64,000 nucleotides of DNA, from NCBI GenBank assembly GCA_951406725.2, contig OX597830.1, forward strand, positions 64,976,001 through 65,040,000, given 5' to 3'. How positions within the stretch are numbered: position 1 is the first letter of the stretch; each line of letters begins with the position of its first letter. Source of the DNA: Octopus vulgaris. Its lineage: Eukaryota. The notes under the pieces were generated by a model that searched no databases, was not told the DNA's origin, and saw nothing but the letters and a program-made list of their open reading frames with translations. The translations under genes were made by a program, and so were the position numbers. Shown here piece by piece: positions 53,963-64,000 of the stretch.

Positions 53963-54589
53963 GTTACGAACAAATAAATATTAACCACTAACTCTCTATT
54001 TTCTGCTCTTAATTTAATACAAATTATACTTAATATATACCAATTGATTTAGGGAAATTTTATTTCCCAAAGACATAAGGTATAGAACCAGTGTTTTCTT
54101 TGAAGTAATAATTCCATTAAGAGGTTAATATAGACTCTGATTAACATTATATATATATATATATTCTTATCTAAATATACTCCTCCTCTTTTTAAGGTCT
54201 ATACCAAATTTTTCTGTAAAACAATACTCAGCTGAAATGCTCCATAAAAACATAAAAATACAATGGTATATATTTTTCTTCCAGAGATTCAATTTAATGA
54301 TGATTTAATTATTCTAATTAAATTTTTAAAGTGTGAATCGAAACAGCTGTCAGGGTTTATGTGTATTTTTATAATTAATAAATGTAAGTAGAATTTTTTT
54401 TATATTTATTTTTGTATATTTTTCTAAAATATATGTAAACCTCGGTTTATTTAATGAACTATTAATGAGTATTAAAATTAATGTTCAAAATAAATAGTAT
54501 GAAATAAAGCAGTAAATACATTGGCTGTTTTTAACCTTTAATGAGGCTTATTTAACCTCTAACTGAATTCTTTTATATGTGTGTGTCTG

Positions 54590-54809
54590 TGCGTGTACCC
54601 TTAATGTAGTTCTCGGGGAGATTCAGTGTGACACAGAGTGTGACAAGGCTGGTCCTTTGAAATACAGGTACTACTCATTTTTGCCAGCTGGGTGGACTGG
54701 AGCAATGTGAAATAAAGTGTCTTGCTCAAGGACAGAAAGCGTCGCAGGGAATTGAACTCACAAGCTTACGATCGTGAGCAGAATGCCCTAACCACTAAGC
54801 CACGCGCCA
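54590..54809 (-). mobile_element. SINE family C (short variant, 3'-truncated)
   Basis: Minus-strand head ggcgcgtggcttagtggttagggcattc. Confidence 0.8.
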
Positions 54810-54839
54810 TCACACACACACGCAAACACACATACACAC

Positions 54840-54872
<33 letters not shown>

Positions 54873-54880
54873 CATATATA

Positions 54881-55095
<215 letters not shown>

Positions 55096-55884
55096 TCACA
55101 TGCATACATATATATGTATATAATATATAATATCTCTGTGTGAAATATGTAGATATGTACAGAAGTATATGTATGTGTGTTGAATATGTAGGTCATGAAT
55201 GAAGACAATAATTGTAACCAGATACAATTCAATAATTCGATTCGATAAGAGATCATTCTACAATGCGCATAAATAATTAGCAATAAAATCACATTTTTCT
55301 GTTTTCGCTACGTGTAATAAAACGTGTTTGCATCTGCTGAGGTCCCACAGTGAAAACCTTAAGAAATACTTCAACTACATTAAATTAATCTGAGTCTATA
55401 ATTCTATGAAATAGATAGAATGAAAGTGAAGAGTGCATAGAGGTCGTGTCTATTTTGGGCCCACTAGCACTTCAGAAAAATTAGCTGGTGTCCTGGGATA
55501 TGGGGAAGACCTATCGCTTCACTCTTTATTTATATTATATTTGTTTTATGATGCCTGCTCGGGGCAATAGTGTCAGGGAGACGCTAAACAATATTGGGTA
55601 TGATTACTCGCCCTACTAGAAATAGCAGAGCTATTTCCCTCAAACGAGATTCGACATGCTTATAAAAACATGAATAGTTTGGATAACATAGTCCTGGATA
55701 TATGCTATGATGCCATGGTCAATGAAGGATTAAGTTTGAACACTACAGTAATCTGTAGTTAAATAACAGCAGTTGCAACACCACCAAGAAATATAATAGC
55801 AAATATTATTACGTGACAAATCGAAGAGGGACAAGTAAAAACTATAAGAATACTATTTCAGTAGTGAAATATACTATTTTACTC

Positions 55885-56312
55885 CAGGCACAAGTCGATT
55901 AGATTGATGCCAGTATGCAACTGGTACATATTGAATCGACCCCGAAAGGATGAAAGGCAAAGTCGACCTCGGCGGAATTTGAACTCAGAACGTAGCGGCA
56001 GACGTAATACGTATTTCTTTACTACTCTCAAGGGGCTAAACACAGAGAGGACAAACAAAGACAGACAAACGGATTAAGTCGATTATATCGACCCCAGTGC
56101 GAAACTGGTACTTAATTTATCGACCCCGAAAGGATGAAAAGCAAAGTCGACCTCGGCAGAATGTGAACTCAGAACGTACCGGCAGACGAAATACGGCTAC
56201 GCATTATAAGTACTAGGCCTACAAAGAATAAGTCTCGGGATCAATTTGCTCGGCTGAAGGCAGTGCTCCAGCATGGCCGCAGCTAAAGGACTGAAGCAAG
56301 TAGAAGAATAAA
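55885..56312. mobile_element. Tandem SINE B bodies (minus) joined to a SINE A tail (plus)
   Basis: atcgaccccgaaaggatgaaa at ~55936 and 56119; ataagtactaggcctacaaagaataag from 56206. Confidence 0.8.
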
Positions 56313-56407
56313 TAAATATATACAGCTCGATCTCGTCCGAAACACCATTGAACTGTCCTAGAATTAAACAACAAAAGCAACCACAACAACAACTGCAACA
56401 GCAGCAG

Positions 56408-56680
56408 CACACCTAAAGCTCCACGAGGTTCCGGCAGGGTGGGTGGGCGTCGATCCCTGTTGTACTCTTTCGCCCCAACTTTCTCTCACTCTTTCTTCCT
56501 GTTTCTTGTCCCCGACTTCCTACGCAACCGCTGAGCCTGGATGCGCATTCATCCATCCGTCGATGCTCTCGGTGTCGGAGGTTGACCTGCTTTCTCTTCT
56601 GCGGGTCTTACGAATAGCAAAGGACCACGTTTCGGACTTCTCCCATCTTGCGAGCTCTGGGACGTAGACCGTTCGCTCAA
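56408..56680 (+). mobile_element. SINE C mid-body with alternative tail ending in (CAA)n
   Basis: cacctaaagctccacgagg...ctttctctcactct, then an unrelated GC-rich tail to gaccgttcgctcaac. Confidence 0.7.
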
Positions 56681-56733
56681 CAGCAACAGTAACAACAGTA
56701 ACAGCAGCACAAGCAGCAGCAATCGATATTGTC

Positions 56734-56764
<31 letters not shown>

Positions 56765-57480
56765 GCAGCAGCATCAATATTATTAAGAACAACAAGCATG
56801 CAATCAAACACATGAATATATTTTAGTTTCAATGCTTTTCCTTCAAGTCTTTTCACAAGTTACAGAATGGTTTTCTTTACTTAATTTCGCTGTTAAGATT
56901 CAATAGAAATACCACTCAATGCGTTGATTTATCGATCGAAATGCATTGCCTGAAGATCTTTGATTCCTCTTCATCATCCTTCCTTTTGTGTCACACAATG
57001 TCGACATTCGCCATTACGATTAAGATATTACAAATATATAAACGCACTCATATAGATTGAGTGTATGCATGGATGGATGAACGGATGAATGAAGAGTGGG
57101 ATAGAGGCAAATGTATATGCAGATGTGTGTATATGTGCGCGTGGGTGTATACATGCATATATAAATGTATACATGTGTATAGTGCTTGTGTGTGCGTGTA
57201 AATATATGTAAATATATATATATATGCATATATATACATATATATACATACATATATACATACATATATATATATATATATATATGTAAATATATATATG
57301 CATATATATACATATATATACATACATATATATGTATGTCAATATATGTGTATGTTTGTATATATATATATATATAAACTTACATATATATATATGTATG
57401 TATATACATATATATTTGTAAATATATAATTGCATGTATATATATATATACATATATATGTAAATATATATATATGCATG

Positions 57481-57539
<59 letters not shown>

Positions 57540-58359
57540 ATGTATGGGCTAGATGTATAAATACATATATATATATGTGTGTGTGTGTATGTATGTGTAA
57601 GTGTGTATCTGTGTGAGTGTGTCTGTAGCTGTGTCTGAATGTGCATATTGATGCGTTTATATTTTGCCTTCTGCATACGGACTTAGAAGGATATTTGTAT
57701 ATACCTACGTGTGCTTATCGACATACAACAGGTTAAACAACTTCTGTAAGAGTTTAGATATTTCCATATTTCTATCATTATCTTTTAATTGAAATTTCTT
57801 TATTAGCTGTGTCCTACCTGGTTTTATACGGCCCATCATCTCAAGAGTATCACTGAAGCAACATCCAATAATCACCAGTATAACACTGGAGTTTTAATAG
57901 CATATTATCAACAGGTTTCTCATTCATTCGGTGCATGTGTTTTCTGTTTCACTAATAATGTTTAACATCATAGTAACTTGTACTGCGCAATTAATTTCTT
58001 CTACATTGCATGTATAATGTATTGCAACATTCAGATAATTTGCTTGTAAATTATAAAGATGCATCCATGTTTTTGAAATACAGCAAAATTTCGTGCTTCT
58101 TGAACGCTTTATAGATGTATTTAAATGTGCATACGTATGTGTGTGTTGAAGTGTGAGTATGTGTGTGTGTGTGTGTGCGTAAATTATTCAAATCAATTCA
58201 TTTCTAGCGAACCGAATATCCCACCAATGGTCAGTTCTCGCCCGATGATCAATGTAGAGAGGACGAATCGTGAGAACAGGGTCCATTGGTAAAAAGAAAA
58301 TATGCTCGACATCATCTATTACATACCCCCAGTTCGTGTGCAGTTCTTATATATTCGAA

Positions 58360-58390
<31 letters not shown>

Positions 58391-58610
58391 GTATTTGTAT
58401 ATATACCTACGCCTCACCAGAGATCCACCCCTGAGTCGGATCTACGGTTATAAATTGCATTTGGTACTTGCATGTCGACGGTATTTTAACAACACTTCAT
58501 GCCTTAAATGTGCTTTTTCACAGTGAGTTCTATACTAACGTACCTAACCATTTCTGGCATTCTACGAGTTGATGTGCCTTGATTCTTAATAACCCTCATA
58601 ACTACATATA

Positions 58611-58916
58611 TCACCGTGACAGACCAGGCTATCAGATGTTGATACACATCGCTGGTCACAATGTGCTTCGCATTGTTTTAGCCTTCAAATGATGCCACCC
58701 CGCTGGCTAAGCAGCAAGCAGGCCAATAGAAGAAAGAGAGAGAGAAAGTTATGGCGAAAGAGCACAGCAGGGATCGCCACCACACCCTGCCGGAGCCTCG
58801 TGAAGCTTTAGGTGTTTTCACTCAATAAACACTCACAACGCCCAGGCTGGAAATCGAAACCACGATCTTACAACAGCGAGTCCGCTGCCCTTACCACTGG
58901 GCCATTGCGCCTCTAC
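58611..58916 (-). mobile_element. SINE C head and body with alternative tail, with TSD
   Basis: AACTACATATAT on both flanks; tail ends ...gcctggtctgtcacggtga. Confidence 0.85.
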
Positions 58917-59279
58917 AACTACATATATATGTATGTGTATATATGTGTGTGAGTATATGTATTCTTAAATCTTCGACGAAAGCATCGCGACATCATTTGA
59001 ATTGCGGTATGATTAGGAAAAACTTTCGCCCCAGCATGGCCACAACTCGTGAGCTGAAACTAGATAAAATAAAATAAAAAATAAAATAAAAATAAAATAA
59101 AAAATGAAATAAAATAAAGAAATAAATTGTAATCATAATATTCAACATTGAAACAATAATATAAATGTTATGCTGAGAGGAATGTGAGAATTCGAACGTT
59201 TCAAGCAGAAGACATTGTTATGAGAGATGAAATTTAAATGTAATGGAGTATTAACAGATATTTTAAGAAATTATTTTTC

Positions 59280-59514
59280 ATATTTCTTTATTGCCCACAA
59301 GGGGCTAAACATGGAAGGGACAAATGAGGACAGACAAATGGATTAAGTCAATTACATCGAACCCCAGTGTGTAACTGGTACTTAATTTTATCGACCCCGA
59401 AAGGATGAAAGGCAAAGTCGACCTCAATGGAATTTGAACTCAGAACGTAACGGCAGACGAAATGCCGCTAAGCATTTCGCCCGGCATGCTACTGTTTCTG
59501 CCAGCTCGCCGCCA
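59280..59514 (-). mobile_element. SINE family B
   Basis: Full head-to-tail match to 38225-38447. Confidence 0.88.
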
Positions 59515-59749
59515 ATATTTTAAGAAATTGTGATTCAGGCAGGGGATATCGTCAGAGAGACGCAAAATATCAACAGGTGTGTTGAAGAAAAGTTTGAGCT
59601 ATTCAAGTCCTTCAGGCAGAACACATCCTCAGGGAGAGACGAAATGTTTTTGATATACTGAAGGATAAACTAGAATTGTTACAAAGTTTCTGACAAAACA
59701 TATCATCAGCGAAATGACGAGTCGAAAGATAAATTTGGAAAATTCTATA

Positions 59750-60166
59750 TGGAAGCACTCCGTCGGTTACGACGATGAGGGTTCCGGTTGATCCGATCAA
59801 CGGAACAGCCTGCTCGTGAAATTAACGTGCAAGTGGCTGAGCACTCCACAGACACGTGTACCCTTAACGTAGTTCTCGGGGATATTCAGCGTGACACAGA
59901 GAGTGACAAGGCCGGCCCCTTGAAATACAGGTACAACAGAAACAGGAAGTAAGATTGAGAGTAAGTTGTGGTGAAAGAGTACAGCAGGGATCACCACCAT
60001 CCCCTGCCGGAGCCTCGTGGAGCTTTTAGGTGTTTTCGCTCAATAAACACTCACAACGCCCGGTTTTCGCTCAATAAACACTCACAACGCCCGGTCTGGG
60101 AATCGAAACCGCGATCCTATGACCGCGAGTCCGCTGCCGTAACCACTGGGCCATTGCGCCTCCACT
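59750..60166 (-). mobile_element. SINE family C with internal ~31-bp tandem duplication
   Basis: gttttcgctcaataaacactcacaacgcccg occurs twice; TSD-like TGGAAA(A/T)TTCTA flanks. Confidence 0.92.
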
Positions 60167-61532
60167 GGAAATTTCTAACGTTTCAGGCAACAAATATCGT
60201 CAGACAGAGACGAAATCCTGACTTGTCCATTGAAGGATAAATTAGGATTATTTCTAACGTTTTAGACAGCACACATCGGTATTGAACGCTGAATTGTTAA
60301 TGAAATGGTGTGTGTAATGAAATATTAAGTTTATTCCAAATTTTATGCAGAATAAAGACAGGGTGAGTTGAAAAGTCAACTAGTGTGTTGAATAATGAAT
60401 TAGGATTAGTGAAAAAAAAGAGAAATAATTATTCGATGGATATGGTACAATTTTTAGCTATTTTCTTTACTTTTTCTTTTTTGTTGTTGCTTACAAAACA
60501 TTACGATCGACACAGAAATTATTTCTATATACATGAATGAGATTTAAATTACTCGAAATCCGGATCGGCAAACGACGTATTATGGGTGTGTGAATTAATT
60601 ATTTTGAATCAGTCGAGCGTTACCATACAAGTATTTATATAATTACGGTTTGAGTCATTGAGGTTAATGGATGACTGTATATGGTCCGTTCAGACTTCGA
60701 TTATATAACATCCGCCACTGATGTTAAAAAACTGAGGATGAGCAAGATATTAATAGGAAGGAAGGAGGTTGGAGGGAGGGGCAGAGGGAGAAAGAGAAAG
60801 AAAGTGAGTAGGGAGGGAAAGTGAAAAACTTAGTCACATCAGGATGGTTTATGGACTAAACATGCACGTATTACTAAGGCCAACGTCAGTGATAAGAATA
60901 CTAGCGGCGGTGTAGTCGCACTCATCATGATCGACTTAATCATCATAATCATCGCCCTCATCATCAAAATCATTGTCGACGTCATAATCTTCATCGTCAT
61001 CGTCGTCACCATCATCGTCGTCGTCACAATCATGGTCATCATCATCATCATCATCGTCATCGTCATCATAATCATCATCATCATAATCATCATCGTCATG
61101 ATCATCATCATCGTCACAATCATCATCATCATAATCACCGTAATCATCATCATCATCATCATCATCGTCATAATAATAATAATAATAATAATAATCGTCG
61201 TCGTCGTCATCATCATCATCATCACAAAACTTTTGTCTGTTTCACGTGTGTATATGTCTGTGCGTTTGTGAAAAAGTATGCGCTTACGTGTGTGTGTGTG
61301 TGTGTGTGTGTGCGTGAGACTGCATGTGTGCGTGGGTATATGTCTGTGTGTATGTATATGTGCCCCTGTGTGTGTGTACGTGTGTGTGTGTGTGTCTATG
61401 TGTGTGTCTATGTGCTCGTGCTCGCTCGCTTTCGTATTTTTATGTACGCGCATGTCTGTTAGATTATGTATTTGTCCGGGTGTATCAGTGCCTGATTGCC
61501 TGTGTGCGAGACTGAGCTCGTAAGGGTGTGTC

Positions 61533-61588
<56 letters not shown>

Positions 61589-61789
61589 TGTGCGTGTGTG
61601 TGTGTGATTGTGTGTGTGTGTGGGTACGTGAGTGGGATAAAGATTATTTATTGAATGACGTCGACAAGTAAACAATGGACGAAAGTCTGGGAGTTCTTCC
61701 AATTCTACAGTTTCTAGTTCATGTTGTATACATTGATAATCAGTTGTACATTTCTGATGTGTGTGTATGTGTGTGAGCGAACGCATGTG

Positions 61790-61862
<73 letters not shown>

Positions 61863-61885
61863 AACATATATATATATATGTACAT

Positions 61886-61922
<37 letters not shown>

Positions 61923-62113
61923 CATATATATATATATGTGCACATACATATACGTGTATATAGAACTATTAGACTTGTATGTATTTACTTACATCTAATT
62001 ATATATTTTGTAATATACAGTACGCATATAACAATAAACATTATATATATATAGTCATATATATATATATATGTATGTATGTATATATATTAATGTATAT
62101 ATATATAGATATA

Positions 62114-62199
<86 letters not shown>

Positions 62200-62204
62200 G
62201 TAAT

Positions 62205-63295
62205 TTTATATTTGCTATTGCGGGAGCAGCTGCCTTCGAAGTCTCATAGTGTCGTTGAATACTCGAAATGAGGAGTAGATGGGCAGTCGGCAACGAATGA
62301 AGGGTCGTCCTTTATGTTACATGTTCTGTTTTCCAATTGTTTCTCTCGTTGTTTTTGTACTCAACTCATTTGTTTTCGTATTTAATGTTGTTAAAGGTTT
62401 GTGACGAATTTTTTCGTTGTTTGAAAAAAGTTCGTTTTCTATGTTTTTGTCCACGTTTCCCATTCTGTCCTGCACCCACATATGCATGTATATACACATA
62501 TATATGTAGGTATATATATATATATGTATGTATATATGCATATATTTATATATTATTTATATTATTATATGGTCAAACGCCATGCATACTTTTCCAAGTA
62601 AATTTTATCTTAATAATTATGATGCGCACTCTTATTCTATCCCTTCTCTCCCTATCTATCTCCTAGTCTTGTTCTTCCTTTCTATTTTTCTCTCTCACCC
62701 TTTCCCTATTTTTCCCCTCTTCCCTTCACCGTTCCCTCTCTCTCACTCTTCCTCCTTGACTCTCTCGTTGATTACACGTGACTAACGAGGATTCTTTCTT
62801 TCTTCCTCAAAGCTCGTTTTTCCAGCGTTCACCAATTCGCATCGTCTTGCCTTAACTGCGCTCACCGTTTGTTTTTACTGTTTTCTTCTCACTGTCCAGT
62901 TTTTGTTACCACTTTCACCCTCCGCAAAATATCCCAAATTTTATTTAATTTGCTTTGCGGGAAGGACTGTTTTAACGAAGTCGCATCTAGTCCTTACCTT
63001 CGAACGCGGAGTAGATAAACAGGGTACAACTGATGAAGGGAATGTTCTTTATGCTGCAAGTCTCGTTTCTCTGTTTGTTTGTTTATTCTTTGTTCGAAAA
63101 AGTTCGTTTTCTATGTTTTTGTTTTTATGCTCTCGTTTCTCATTCTGTCCTCGTATTTTTATGTCCTGTACCCATATATGCATGTATATATACATATATA
63201 TGTAGGTATGTACATATATGTATGTATATATGCATATATTTACATATTATTTATATTATTATATGATCGAACGACACGTATCCTTTCCCAAGTAA

Positions 63296-63300
<5 letters not shown>
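62205..63300 (+). repeat. Diverged direct repeat pair (possible PLE pseudo-LTRs)
   Basis: ~62205-62610 versus ~62945-63300 share ttgct..gcggga, ggagtagat, atgaaggg, aaaaagttcgttttctatgtttttgt and tttcc.aagtaa.tttt; (TA)n flanks. Confidence 0.7.
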
Positions 63301-63373
<73 letters not shown>

Positions 63374-63391
63374 CATACATACATACATACA

Positions 63392-63423
<32 letters not shown>

Positions 63424-63480
63424 CAAATACATGTATATATATATATACACACACACATACATATATATACTTCGTGCGTC

Positions 63481-63643
63481 GGCGCCACTGTGGGTATGTT
63501 GTAAAAAGCTTACTTCCCAAACACATGGTTCCAGGTTCAATCTTTAAGTGTGGAACCTTGGGCAATTATCTGATGGTACACCAGCATGCCGACCAATGTC
63601 TTGATAGTGGATTTCTGGAGAGGGAAACTTAAAGAAGCCCGAC
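63481..63643 (+). mobile_element. SINE family A 5' fragment (degenerate)
   Basis: aagcttacttcccaaacacatggttccaggttcaa...ccttgggcaa...aaagaagcccg. Confidence 0.65.
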
Positions 63644-63769
63644 ATATTATATATCTTTCTATCAAACTATACAACCCTCTGTGTATCCATCCATACAGTT
63701 ATCTAACTAGCTGTGTAACTACCTGCCTGCATACCTACCTACCTACCTACTTACATAACTATCTGTCTG

Positions 63770-63861
<92 letters not shown>

Positions 63862-64000
63862 CCTATCTATCTACACATATATATACTTACATACAGACAC
63901 GTACTTGAACCTCTGTATAAATCTCTGTGATACCGTAATCTATATTCTCGTTTATATAAATTTATATATAAATATGTATGTACATATGTGTATGCGTATC

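Noticed and set aside
60528-60572. atgaatgag...ctc gaaa tccgga tc as another hammerhead
   Set aside because: A palindrome and GAAA are present, but the core is one base short and no stem I can form.

Overview
AT-rich, gene-free eukaryotic DNA saturated with microsatellites ((TA)n, (CA)n, (AAT)n, (GAT/CAT)n, (GATA)n) and transposons. The SINE families and repeat style resemble an octopus/cephalopod genome; this is from recall and is not verified. No host protein-coding exon could be supported, and most ORF-track entries are microsatellite artefacts. Identifiable content: Penelope-like elements (PLEs; GIY-YIG and RT remnants), R4/Dong-type RLE LINEs inside (AAT)n, RTE LINE ends, Tc1/mariner remnants and MITEs, three tRNA-headed SINE families, an unclassified ~550-bp (AAT)n-associated non-coding element, and a tRNA-Cys pseudogene. 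The most striking signal is a set of about 10 type I hammerhead-ribozyme motifs in PLE-type termini. Their catalytic-core 3-8 pair appears in all four Watson-Crick forms (C-G, U-A, A-U, G-C), most with palindromic stem III as in dimer-forming minimal hammerheads. They sit within a recurring 'fold-back inverted repeat plus one-sided tail' insertion architecture.
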